Virus record (IMG/VR): IMGVR_UViG_3300020045_001734
Span: 1 to 32,360 of that record
Direction: 5' to 3' (one strand)
DNA from: a virus
Lineage: Duplodnaviria > Caudoviricetes
DNA: 32,360 nucleotides
Position numbers and translations under genes: made by a program. Numbering within the stretch: the first letter of the stretch is position 1; every line of letters begins with the position of its first letter. Shown in pieces: positions 19,008 through 27,048 of the stretch. The notes beneath the pieces are model-generated. The model had not been told where the DNA came from. It did not search any database and saw only the letters and a program-made list of their open reading frames with translations.

Positions 19008-20494
19008 TGGCCTGCCCCCTTGCTTTTGGCATAGGCGATGCGACGTGACCGTTCGTAAGACAGGAATTCAGGCGACGGCATAACCGGCGAAGGATCAAGG
19101 TCCCTTGGCCATACGCCATACTTGCCGCGGTATAGCGCCTTTGCCAGTTTACCACCCTTGCCACGTTCACGGTCGACGTAATTAGCCATCGACCAGAACG
19201 CTTGCTTGTCGGCCATTGTCGGTTTGCGCTTGCTGCCCTTGGTAACTTCGACCAGTTCGCCGTCTTCCGGTTCGATGTCGGATTGTGCCGATGGTTCAAA
19301 ACCGCAGACAGGGCACTCCCGAACCTTTGGCGCTTTCAGGGTGTGGCAAGCTGGGCATTCCTTCGGGAGCGGTTCGCCCTTTTCCTTTTTCGAGCGGTTC
19401 TTTTCCTTGCCCTTCAAGAGCCTGTCGTGATGAATTTCGGTCACGAAACCAAGGCGCGCGTGATTGTCTGCATGGTCAAGGATCAAGGCTTGTGTCTTGC
19501 CAGGAGCCGTGCGCAGTGCCCGCCCGATTATCTGGACGTGGAGCATTTCGGATTTCGTGGGCCGTGCCAGCACGATGCACCGAACGTCCGCGTCGACGCC
19601 GGTCGTCAGCGTCCCGATATTGACGATCCCCGCCAATTCACCGCGGCCCATCTGGTCAAACAACACCTTGCGCTCGATCCGGTCGACATGGGCATCGCAG
19701 TAACCCATCTGCACACCCGCCGCGGCGAATTCAGCTTGCAGCTTGCGGGCGTGGGCACGGTCGACCGCGAACACCAACGTCGGTTGCCAGTCTGCCAATT
19801 GCAGCCATGTGCGCACGATGTCAGCAACCAGAACGCGGTCGTTCATCACGTCAGACAAATCGCCTTCGTGATAATCACCCGCCTTGGTGCGGACGCCAGA
19901 CAAGTCGGGATGCGTCGGAGCGTAAACGCGAAACGGCGAGAGAAACCCTTGGTCGATCAGTTCAGCCATGCGGACAGGGCAAATCAAGTCTTGCCAGTAG
20001 TCGCCCATGCCGAGCGCCCAAGGCGTTGCCGACAAGCCGATGAATGAAACATCAGGACGCTTTGCCATCCAAGTTTTGATGATCTCGAATTGCTGGTGAC
20101 ATTCGTCAACGATCACGACATCGACATCGGGGCAACCGCGCTGGGCGAGTGTCTGAACTGAACAAACCTGCACCGGCATAGCCATGTTCCGAAGTTCATG
20201 GTTGCCCTGCATCACGCCAACGTCGCCAATCCCTTCCAAGGCGAAACTTTCGACAGTCTGGTCGACCAGTGAAATGGCGGGAACGGTGAAAGCAACTGTG
20301 CGGCCCTTCGACAGCGCACCGGAAACAATCTCGGCTGCAAGGCGGGTTTTACCTGCCCCCGTTGGGAGTTGAACCACGGTCCGGCGATTCCCAGCCATGT
20401 AGGAACGCTTCAGCATGGCCAGCGCATGGTGCTGATGTGGGCGAAGTGGGCGGGCCGTTGTTGGTTCGGCAAAGAGCGGGAGCGTAGCCATCAC
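19004..20494 (-). CDS. SF2 DExH helicase with C-terminal Zn ribbon
   Basis: LPTGAGKT, IVDECH, GLSATP, TTGVD, QIIGRALR, LDHADN and CPAC...CPVCG. Confidence 0.92.
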   Translation of the reverse strand: MMATLPLFAEPTTARPLRPHQHHALAMLKRSYMAGNRRTVVQLPTGAGKTRLAAEIVSGALSKGRTVAFTVPAISLVDQTVESFALEGIGDVGVMQGNHELRNMAMPVQVCSVQTLAQRGCPDVDVVIVDECHQQFEIIKTWMAKRPDVSFIGLSATPWALGMGDYWQDLICPVRMAELIDQGFLSPFRVYAPTHPDLSGVRTKAGDYHEGDLSDVMNDRVLVADIVRTWLQLADWQPTLVFAVDRAHARKLQAEFAAAGVQMGYCDAHVDRIERKVLFDQMGRGELAGIVNIGTLTTGVDADVRCIVLARPTKSEMLHVQIIGRALRTAPGKTQALILDHADNHARLGFVTEIHHDRLLKGKEKNRSKKEKGEPLPKECPACHTLKAPKVRECPVCGFEPSAQSDIEPEDGELVEVTKGSKRKPTMADKQAFWSMANYVDRERGKGGKLAKALYRGKYGVWPRDLDPSPVMPSPEFLSYERSRRIAYAKSKGAGQ

Positions 20495-20985
20495 CGACCA
20501 CCCCCGTAAACGCGAAACGGATTGCCCTCGCGTGTAACACTCTCCTTAACAGAACTTATCTCATGGAAGGTACCTTCACCTTCACCACTACCCGCGCGGG
20601 GTTGAACAGCCGTTGCAACAGCCGTTGAACAGCCGTTGCTTTTCCGTGCAGCAGCCGATGCTTTACCGGCGATGCTTTTTTGCTCCTGATTTTTACGTGC
20701 TTTGACCACTTCAGCCGACAAAGCAGGGTGTGAAATGACACCGGCTGCAATAGTGCAATCGTGCAGGAGAGTATCCCGCATATCGTTCCATTGCTTGGTT
20801 GACAGCTTCAGATGCTTGGCAAGATACTTGTCGTCATTCGGGAGTGAACCTTCATGTTCCCAAAACAGCATCAGGAGGTAGCACAGGGCGCTATGCTCGA
20901 TATGCGATAAGGTGCTGGCATTGGCGCGGTGTTCTTTGATGAACCACGGCATCCACAGGGCGACACTGGCAGGAGGCTTGCTCAT
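20491..20985 (-). CDS. YdaU/DUF1376-like replication initiator (short)
   Basis: WMPWFIKEH...TLSHIEHSALCYLLMLFWEHEGSLPNDDKYLA, followed by KSIAGKASAAAR; contains tandem repeats. Confidence 0.75.
   Translation of the reverse strand: MSKPPASVALWMPWFIKEHRANASTLSHIEHSALCYLLMLFWEHEGSLPNDDKYLAKHLKLSTKQWNDMRDTLLHDCTIAAGVISHPALSAEVVKARKNQEQKSIAGKASAAARKSNGCSTAVATAVQPRAGSGEGEGTFHEISSVKESVTREGNPFRVYGGGR
20601..20639. repeat. Tandem iteron-like repeats (probable replication origin)
   Basis: AACAGCCGTTG three times (20605, 20617, 20628) plus a partial copy, inside the initiator gene as in lambda O. Confidence 0.65.
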
Positions 20986-21203
20986 TGCAGCACCTCGAAC
21001 GCCAGAGAGAAATTCTCGAACGCTTCATCGCGCAAGATTGTCCATGCCGGATTGTCGCCAAGGCTAGGCTGGTAAGCCTGCGCAAGTGCAATCGCGCGGT
21101 ATGCTTCCCATGCGTCGGAAGCGCGCTTTTCATTCCAGAGAATGACCGGAAACGAATCGGGTTGAACGGCAGGCGGATTCCGCCTATCGGGGGTCACAGA
21201 CAT
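20982..21203 (-). CDS. Hypothetical protein
   Basis: ATG 21203 after an AAGGA SD; ATGA coupling to the initiator. Confidence 0.55.
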   Translation of the reverse strand: MSVTPDRRNPPAVQPDSFPVILWNEKRASDAWEAYRAIALAQAYQPSLGDNPAWTILRDEAFENFSLAFEVLQ

Positions 21204-21342
21204 AGAGCGAGTTCCTTTCGCTTGGTGTTGAGGCCCGGACGCAGTTGACGCTGCGTTTCGGGCCGCATTTGTTTGTAGTGCGCAGACGCGACGCAGCAAG
21301 CGCGCACCCTGCCAAATTGCTGATAGTTGGGGATAAAGAGCA

Positions 21343-21693
21343 TCAGAAATGCTCCTCTACAAATCCGCCGCCAGCCTTCTTTGACTGTTTGCGAACGGCA
21401 ATGAACTCGAATGGATAAAGTGAAGCCGCAACCTTGATCTTGGCGCGGGCATCATCCTGCCAGTAACCTTTGACTTCGTGCATTTGCATAGAGCCATCGG
21501 AGAGCATCACGGCAAAGTCTGGTGTGTAAAAAGTATTGTCAGCAAGGCGTAGCTTTACACCCTCGAACTTATACCAAGCGATTTCGCCATGATGACGACG
21601 GCCATCAAGGATCGCTTCATATTCAGTTTCCGTGCCGTTCATCTCGCCGGTTTTAAGGCGGCCCAGGGCGAATGTTGCGTGATTACCCTTCAT
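21343..21693 (-). CDS. DUF1064-like PD-(D/E)xK nuclease
   Basis: MNGTETEY...KLRLADNTFYTPDF...HEVKGYWQDDARAKIKVAA; ATGA overlap at 21693. Confidence 0.8.
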   Translation of the reverse strand: MKGNHATFALGRLKTGEMNGTETEYEAILDGRRHHGEIAWYKFEGVKLRLADNTFYTPDFAVMLSDGSMQMHEVKGYWQDDARAKIKVAASLYPFEFIAVRKQSKKAGGGFVEEHF

Positions 21694-21887
21694 GCCGCCA
21701 ACTCCACCAATGAAGCCTTGACCTCTGCCCAATAGGCAAGAGCGGTGCTTTCACCGATGCCCATTGCTTTGGCAGCGGCGCGGATCGTTTGACCATCGGC
21801 CACACGGTCAGCCAGTTCATCGCGGCGCGCGAGACGTAGGGCGGTTTGCTTGGCGCGGGCTATCGCAGCGGCTTCTGTGCGTGTCAT
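21690..21887 (-). CDS. Small HTH protein
   Basis: GQTIRAAAKAMGIGESTALAYW. Confidence 0.7.
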   Translation of the reverse strand: MTRTEAAAIARAKQTALRLARRDELADRVADGQTIRAAAKAMGIGESTALAYWAEVKASLVELAA

Positions 21888-22168
21888 GCCGCCCGCCTTG
21901 CTGAATACAACGCCTTGACGAAGCGTTGGTTCGCCTCGGCCATATCCTTCTCGTAGCGTTCATCCATCCAAACGACTGTGCGGTCGTAATCACGTTGGGC
22001 ACGACGCATCTTGGTTTTGTATGCATGGCGGTAGCTGGCGACAGTCTGGACGCATGGCGTGTTGTCGTAATGCGACGCTATCTCGCGGCAAACCTTTTCG
22101 TTGCTATCGATGTACTGGACAAGGACGCGCGCCATATCGTTGGGGCTGTTGTGGAACTCGCGCATCAT
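21884..22168 (-). CDS. Hypothetical protein
   Basis: 94 aa; start/stop overlaps on both sides. Confidence 0.6.
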   Translation of the reverse strand: MMREFHNSPNDMARVLVQYIDSNEKVCREIASHYDNTPCVQTVASYRHAYKTKMRRAQRDYDRTVVWMDERYEKDMAEANQRFVKALYSARRAA

Positions 22169-22344
22169 TTGCGTCCCTGTGCGAGAGAATAGCCGGCGCG
22201 AATGGCCTTGCGCTTGGCAAGGTTCGCGTTCAGTTCGGCCTCAAGTTCCGCCAGTGGTGATGCGGTGTATTCGCTTACCCGCATCGTTGGGGAATTGCGG
22301 ATTGCATCGGCCCAAGCACCGGCATGGCTGGTTGTGTCGATCAT
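22165..22344 (-). CDS. Small hypothetical protein (59 aa, MIDTTSHAGAWADAIRNSP...)
   Basis: Translated by hand; fills the gap exactly with ATGA overlaps at both ends. Confidence 0.6.
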   Translation of the reverse strand: MIDTTSHAGAWADAIRNSPTMRVSEYTASPLAELEAELNANLAKRKAIRAGYSLAQGRK

Positions 22345-22766
22345 GCCGCCGCACTCCCAGCCATCCGTACGACAAGCCCGCCAAGCGCGCTTTCCTCGTT
22401 CGGCCCAATGTCACGGCCCGCTTCGCTATCGGGATGATGCGCGCGGTTCTTGGCGCTGACGTATTCGGTCGCTAGTTCGCACAGTGCATCGTGATCGATC
22501 GATTCAGGCGCGCGGACAATCTGGTATCCGTTAGGCAGAAGCATCGACAGCAGTTCGGTAGGAAGCGCGTCAAACAGGCGGAACAACGCCGCCACGGACA
22601 TAATCGCTGGCTCCTTGCTGGCATCTGCCGGAAAATATGAAAGCACGGTCGAAGGGCAATCCCAGCCCCCGTCTAACTGAACGGCCTTAATCGAAATGCC
22701 GCGCCGGTCGATTTCACGGCGGATGGCTTTCTGGCGTTCGCGCACGATCTTGTTTGCGTCACGCAT
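22341..22766 (-). CDS. CII-like regulator
   Basis: HTH-like N-terminus (ISIKAVQLDGGWDCPSTVLSY), HPDSEAGRDIGPNE motif, position downstream of cro. Confidence 0.5.
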   Translation of the reverse strand: MRDANKIVRERQKAIRREIDRRGISIKAVQLDGGWDCPSTVLSYFPADASKEPAIMSVAALFRLFDALPTELLSMLLPNGYQIVRAPESIDHDALCELATEYVSAKNRAHHPDSEAGRDIGPNEESALGGLVVRMAGSAAA

Positions 22767-22994
22767 GATCCTGTTGAACCTTCTCGTTATCTGCTGATGA
22801 ATGGAAAACCCGACCGATCACCACGACGCCACCCAGCCAGCGACAGCCCTCCAAGCGCATGTGCAAAAGGCGATTGCGAAGATTGCTGCGAGGTCGTGGG
22901 CTTTGTCGTCGTCCATGGGTCAATGCCCGCCTTGTTGGGATTGGAGCCAAGCGGTGCGGAGTGACCGGAGCCATGAGAGAGGCCAGATCATCGG

Positions 22995-23354
22995 TCAGGC
23001 GGCTTGCGATGGTGCGGGCAGCGCGTTCAGATCGACGCCCTGCTTTTTGCCGAGAACAATGCGATGACACCGGATGCACTTGGCGATAAAATCCAAGACA
23101 CGCGGGGAAGCAGTGAACCATTCTGTGCAACCAGCTTTGTCGCCGAACCTCACGCGCTCTTCAGCAAACATGCGGTGGACGCGCCGCTCAATTTCGTGAC
23201 CGCCGCGATATTCGGCGATCAGCTCAATCGGCAGTTTGTAGTCGATGGTCATCTGCTTGACGCGGCTGCGCGCATAAACAGAACAGCCGATCTTAATCGG
23301 GCCTTCAGTTCCAACTTGCCGCGCAAAATAAATGAACTTGCCATCGGTGATCAT
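22995..23354 (-). CDS. GIY-YIG superfamily (T5orf172/MUG113-like) protein
   Basis: FIYFARQ...PIKIGCS...RVKQM...IERRVHRMF...EWF. Confidence 0.85.
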   Translation of the reverse strand: MITDGKFIYFARQVGTEGPIKIGCSVYARSRVKQMTIDYKLPIELIAEYRGGHEIERRVHRMFAEERVRFGDKAGCTEWFTASPRVLDFIAKCIRCHRIVLGKKQGVDLNALPAPSQAA

Positions 23355-23545
23355 GCCGCCACCTGCTTGGGAGCGTACGCCGCCATGAAGTCCCGCGCTT
23401 TGGCTTCGGTTTCAGGCCAGCACCGCCGCCCCCTCATCAGGTCATGAACAAACCGGCGGTCGTTCATGGCGTGTTGGCCAAAGTCAGATTTTGAAAGGCC
23501 GTGAGCCGTGCAAAACCCTGTGATATCGGAAAGAAGTGTGCTCAT
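23351..23545 (-). CDS. cro: Cro-like repressor
   Basis: MSTLLSDITGFCTAHGLSKSDFGQHAMNDRRFVHDLMRGR; divergent from cI; ATG 23545 lies 8 nt after the -10 box. Confidence 0.8.
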   Translation of the reverse strand: MSTLLSDITGFCTAHGLSKSDFGQHAMNDRRFVHDLMRGRRCWPETEAKARDFMAAYAPKQVAA

Positions 23546-23553
23546 GGGTTTGT

Positions 23554-23582
23554 ATATTAGGTTGGACCAATCCAACCGTCAA
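23554..23582 (-). promoter_or_regulatory. PR-like promoter for cro
   Basis: TTGACG-17 nt-TAATAT on the minus strand; the spacer is the operator palindrome. Confidence 0.75.
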
Positions 23583-23628
23583 GCAAGGATATGTCCGCCC
23601 TTCGCAAAAATGTCGGACTGGTCCAATC
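23560..23628. promoter_or_regulatory. OR-like operator triplet, consensus GTTGGA-N4-TCCAAC
   Basis: GGTTGGA-CCAA-TCCAACC (23560-23577, perfect), GCAAGGA-TATG-TCCGCCC (23583-23600, weak), TGTCGGA-CTGG-TCCAATC (23611-23628). Confidence 0.7.
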
Positions 23629-23636
23629 TATCCTAC

Positions 23637-24245
23637 ATGGATGATGAACTCACAATCGAGACCATCAGGACGGCCTTGCGAAAGGCCATGCTGAAAAAGG
23701 GCGCGAAGGCGACAACGCTTTCCCTTCAAATCGGCACAAACCGTACGCTGGTCAAAGACTTGCTCGAAAAGACAGACGACGTAAGATTGAGCACGTTGAC
23801 CAAGCTGGCAAGCGCGCTTGAAATTTCACTTCAAGAATTGGTGGCAACGCCGCCCGTGCCAGTCGTTGGATATATCGGCGCAGGGGGAAGTGTGATTTTT
23901 GAGGACTTGGGCAACGAAGAAACGGTTTTACGCCCACCAGGCATAAGCGGGACGTTGATTGCCTTGATGGTGCGCGGCCAATCGATGTTGCCGAAATACA
24001 AGGATGGCGACATTATCTACATCCAACGCGACCACGATGGCATTTTACCCGACTACGTTGGTGAGGATTGCGCCGTCCGGTTGAATAGCGGGGAAACCTA
24101 CATCAAACAGGTGATCCAAGGTAATCAGGCTGGCCGGTTCACACTGCTATCGCTGAATGCCGATCCAATCGAAAATGTGGAGATCGAATGGGCAACTCCC
24201 GTGCTTTTCATTATGCCAGCGCGTTCGCGGCATATGCTCTCCTAA
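23637..24245 (+). CDS. cI: CI-like repressor (HTH plus S24 autopeptidase); start uncertain (23610 or 23637)
   Basis: HTH ending LSTLTKLASALEI; cleavage site VVGYIGAGG; catalytic VRGQSMLP (Ser) and TYIKQV (Lys). Confidence 0.9.
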   Translation: MDDELTIETIRTALRKAMLKKGAKATTLSLQIGTNRTLVKDLLEKTDDVRLSTLTKLASALEISLQELVATPPVPVVGYIGAGGSVIFEDLGNEETVLRPPGISGTLIALMVRGQSMLPKYKDGDIIYIQRDHDGILPDYVGEDCAVRLNSGETYIKQVIQGNQAGRFTLLSLNADPIENVEIEWATPVLFIMPARSRHMLS

Positions 24246-24577
24246 CTGGCTGCGATTACCCTAGGGCATGGAGTAAGTCGGACATTCAAGGCATGATTGT
24301 CGACGCTGAACAACCGGTTATGCGTCGGAATATCGAACAAGACGCGAAAATTGCCGACCTTGAGCGCAAGGTAAACATGCTAGAGACCAAACTTGATATC
24401 GTTGATGGTGAACGCGAGAGCCTGCGAAAGACCGTCAACAACAACGCCGATATCGCAAATGACAATGCGATTAGAGCGATGACCTCCCGTGGGGCTTGCG
24501 GCACAGAGCGCGTGGATTATCCCGATGGCTCTTGGTCGTTTCGCAATCGGCAATGCACGAAAGCCGACCTCCGCTAA
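24188..24577 (+). CDS. Putative lipoprotein with coiled coil (superinfection-exclusion candidate)
   Basis: Signal-like N-terminus ending in lipobox LLTG-C22; GGAG SD; heptads KIADLERKVNMLETKL; two C-terminal Cys. Confidence 0.6.
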   Translation: MGNSRAFHYASAFAAYALLTGCDYPRAWSKSDIQGMIVDAEQPVMRRNIEQDAKIADLERKVNMLETKLDIVDGERESLRKTVNNNADIANDNAIRAMTSRGACGTERVDYPDGSWSFRNRQCTKADLR

Positions 24578-24608
24578 CCCACCCTGTTTGTGATGTGAGG
24601 AAAAACTA

Positions 24609-24911
24609 ATGGCAGCGGATTTAGTCCCGATAAAACAGACCTTTGTCACGACGCCTGATCAAGCGCGAACCTATTTCGCCGACGGTATTAAAGGAATATC
24701 AGTTAGCCAAGGCGTCATTAAAATTAGCTTTTTTGAGCAATTTGTTAACACTGACAACGAGATACCTTACCCGCCCGATGGAAGTCCGCCGGTTATGAAG
24801 GCGCGACATGTTGCTAACATTGTGCTGGAGCAGCAATCCTTTTTTGCAGTGCTCGACATGCTAAATATGGTTCGGGCCGATCTTTTGAAGGTGGCCGATG
24901 TCCCAGCCTAA
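24609..24911 (+). CDS. Hypothetical soluble protein (DUF3467-like pattern)
   Basis: GAGG SD; YFADGIKGISV...IKISF...HVANIVL plus C-terminal helix; AT-richer sequence. Confidence 0.6.
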   Translation: MAADLVPIKQTFVTTPDQARTYFADGIKGISVSQGVIKISFFEQFVNTDNEIPYPPDGSPPVMKARHVANIVLEQQSFFAVLDMLNMVRADLLKVADVPA

Positions 24912-25302
24912 GCTGTATTCTGTATCGTCTTCACCCTCTGGTAATCCTACAGGGAGCACTTATACGCAAGGTACGCAGTTTGGTGGTGGTGGTGGAGATG
25001 GAGGCATGGATATGATGGACGCCAAAATTTCAGCGGCAGAAGCGCGTGTAGACACGAAGTTTGAGCAGCTTCGTGGCGATTTGAAAGATTTTGCCACTAA
25101 ATCCACCGTTTGGGGGGCTGCGGCCACAATCATCGCAGTCGTGCTTGCTGCAATCGCATTTGGCGGCGACAGGTTTGACGCTGGCATGGGCTTGGCGGAT
25201 AAGCAAGCCGTCCAAATCGAGCGCGACGCCAAGCAGGATCAAGATGTCGCCGGGATCAATCAGAAACTCGACAAACTGATTGAGCAATCTCAAAAGAAGT
25301 AA
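24898..25302 (+). CDS. Single-TM membrane protein with flanking coiled coils
   Basis: GGGGGDGG linker, helical DAKISAAEARVDTKFEQLRGDL, TM VWGAAATIIAVVLAAIAFGG; a second start is possible at MDMM after GGAGG. Confidence 0.65.
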   Translation: MSQPKLYSVSSSPSGNPTGSTYTQGTQFGGGGGDGGMDMMDAKISAAEARVDTKFEQLRGDLKDFATKSTVWGAAATIIAVVLAAIAFGGDRFDAGMGLADKQAVQIERDAKQDQDVAGINQKLDKLIEQSQKK

Positions 25303-25325
25303 TCGCCCCAACCATCAAACCCAAC

Positions 25326-25355
25326 GGCCCGCCCTTAACCCGGCGGGCTTTTTTG
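25326..25355 (+). terminator. Intrinsic terminator ending the cI transcript
   Basis: GCCCGCC-loop-GGCGGGC followed by TTTTTT. Confidence 0.85.
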
Positions 25356-25382
25356 TGCCCCGTGTGAGGGTGATAGCAGGAA

Positions 25383-25437
25383 AGTTGGATGAATCCACTT
25401 TTATTGATTGACGAGTTGGTTTTATCCAACTAACAAT
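25383..25437 (+). promoter_or_regulatory. PL-like promoter with two OL operators
   Basis: AGTTGGA-TGAA-TCCACTT (25383-25400) and AGTTGGT-TTTA-TCCAACT (25414-25431); -35 TTGACG at 25408-25413; -10 region TAACAAT. Confidence 0.75.
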
Positions 25438-25466
25438 GGCGCATCAACACAGCAACCGCTGAACGG

Positions 25467-25946
25467 ATGACCGCCATGAACGCCCCCGCATCAATCAACA
25501 CCCTTCGCCATCGCACCGCAGTGATGCAGGCCGACGCCAAGCGCAACGACCGTATCGCAGCCCGCGCTGACGAACTGGTCAACAAGTCCATGCCGCGCCG
25601 CAATGATCCGGCCCCGCACGGCTTCTACGACTTCAAGGCAGGCATCGAACGCGCGGCATACAAGGGCAAGCGCGACCGGCTGATCAAGATGGCCACCACC
25701 GAATTGCAGTGCCTCGAATACGCGCTGGAATACTGGCAGGCCGATTACGAAGCCGCCTTCGATGCACTCTGCCCGATCAAGCTGGCAGCGGACCGCGTGA
25801 ACGACCGTGCGCAGGCAATGGCAGACCGTGCCGCTGCGCTGGCCAAGATGGAAGCGCGCAAGGTCAAGTTTCTGGCAGATCGCGCCGCCCGTTACGAGGG
25901 CCAGCCTTGGTTCGACGCCCGCCGCAACGCAAACGGGAGCCGGTGA
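25467..25946 (+). CDS. Hypothetical early protein (first PL gene)
   Basis: 159 aa, helical, strong GC3 bias. Confidence 0.7.
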   Translation: MTAMNAPASINTLRHRTAVMQADAKRNDRIAARADELVNKSMPRRNDPAPHGFYDFKAGIERAAYKGKRDRLIKMATTELQCLEYALEYWQADYEAAFDALCPIKLAADRVNDRAQAMADRAAALAKMEARKVKFLADRAARYEGQPWFDARRNANGSR

Positions 25947-25947
25947 T

Positions 25948-26103
25948 ATGCAGCAAGCACCAACCTATGCCGATTTCGACCGCCTGTATGCCGCCACGCT
26001 GGAAAGCATTGCGCGCTGGAATGAAGCTGAACGCGAACTTGCACAGGCCCGTCAAGACATGGCGCGCGATGTGCGGGTGTTGATTGAGGATGCGGTGAAA
26101 TGA
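25948..26103 (+). CDS. Small hypothetical protein (MQQAPTYADFDRLY...)
   Basis: GGGAG SD; starts 1 nt after the previous stop. Confidence 0.6.
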   Translation: MQQAPTYADFDRLYAATLESIARWNEAERELAQARQDMARDVRVLIEDAVK

Positions 26104-26228
26104 CCCGCACCCTTCGCACCATCGCCCACATTTACCGCCAAGACCCTCGCGACTTCTGGACATGCCTAGCGGTTGTCCCTGCCGCCGTCGTCTTTTGGAC
26201 CGCTCTATTTTGGATTGTAGCAGGATGA
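26100..26228 (+). CDS. Small membrane protein (42 aa)
   Basis: Translated by hand: MTRTLRTIAHIYRQDPRDFWTCLAVVPAAVVFWTALFWIVAG; ATGA overlaps on both sides. Confidence 0.6.
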   Translation: MTRTLRTIAHIYRQDPRDFWTCLAVVPAAVVFWTALFWIVAG

Positions 26229-26422
26229 ACATCATCAAAGCCCTGATCACCCAATGCGGCAAGACCATCAACGCGCCGGTCAACATGATCCTTCCGATGA
26301 CCAAGACCGACGCTGATTTTTACGCCCTTCGTTCCGCCCGCGCTGCCTCGCAGCCCCCCGCTGAAAGCGCTCCCTCCCCTAACACCGCGTTCGAGGCGCG
26401 CGGTGGAAAGGCATCATCATGA
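26225..26422 (+). CDS. Small hypothetical protein (MNIIKALITQCG...)
   Basis: ATGA overlaps on both sides. Confidence 0.5.
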   Translation: MNIIKALITQCGKTINAPVNMILPMTKTDADFYALRSARAASQPPAESAPSPNTAFEARGGKASS

Positions 26423-27048
26423 ACGCTGTAGCCACAATTGAACCGTCGCTGATTGCAGCGTTGGCAAAAGCACTCCCCGAATTGGAGAGCGCCAAGAAGA
26501 ACAAGGCTAACCCCGCGTTCAAGTCGAAGTACGCCGATCTTGCCGCCGTGATCGAAGCACTTGAGCCGATCACAAGGCACGGCCTTTGGTATCGTCAGCA
26601 CCAGCACGAAAACGAAAACGGCGCGATGATCGAAACGTTCTACATTCACGAGAGCGGGCAGGAAATGAGCGCCGGTTGCGTGTTTATGCCAGCCACCAAG
26701 AAGGACGCGCAAGGTTTCGGTTCTGCGCTCTCTTATGCCCGCCGCTATGGCCTGCAAACGGCCTTTGGCTTGGCAACAGAGGACGACGACGGAAACGCCG
26801 CTGTAAAGTCCACACAGGCTAAATCCGCACCCGCGCCAGCACAACGCGCCGATGCACCGCAAGGCCCCGTCACAGACGCGCAGTGGGCCATCATCACCGA
26901 TCTAATCACGCAGACGCATTCGGACAGCAAGGCATTCTGCACCGCGTTCAAAGTGCCAAGCGTGAAGGATTTACCCGCCGCCCAATTCGACCGCGCCCGC
27001 GCCATGCTGAACAAGAAGCTGGCCGCGATGGTGGAGGAACCAGCATGA
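26419..27048 (+). CDS. erf: ERF-family single-strand annealing protein
   Basis: KNKANPAFKSKYADL, IHESGQ and AQGFGSALSYARRYGL...EDDDGN. Confidence 0.92.
   Translation: MNAVATIEPSLIAALAKALPELESAKKNKANPAFKSKYADLAAVIEALEPITRHGLWYRQHQHENENGAMIETFYIHESGQEMSAGCVFMPATKKDAQGFGSALSYARRYGLQTAFGLATEDDDGNAAVKSTQAKSAPAPAQRADAPQGPVTDAQWAIITDLITQTHSDSKAFCTAFKVPSVKDLPAAQFDRARAMLNKKLAAMVEEPA

Noticed and set aside
19202-20047. 281-aa plus-strand ORF
   Set aside because: Antisense shadow of the helicase gene
20601-20639. Tandem repeats as a possible mini-CRISPR
   Set aside because: 11-12 bp units with no spacers, inside a CDS; better explained as iterons
22759-23130. 123-aa minus-strand ORF
   Set aside because: Arg/Pro-rich off-frame composition; overlaps the GIY-YIG gene
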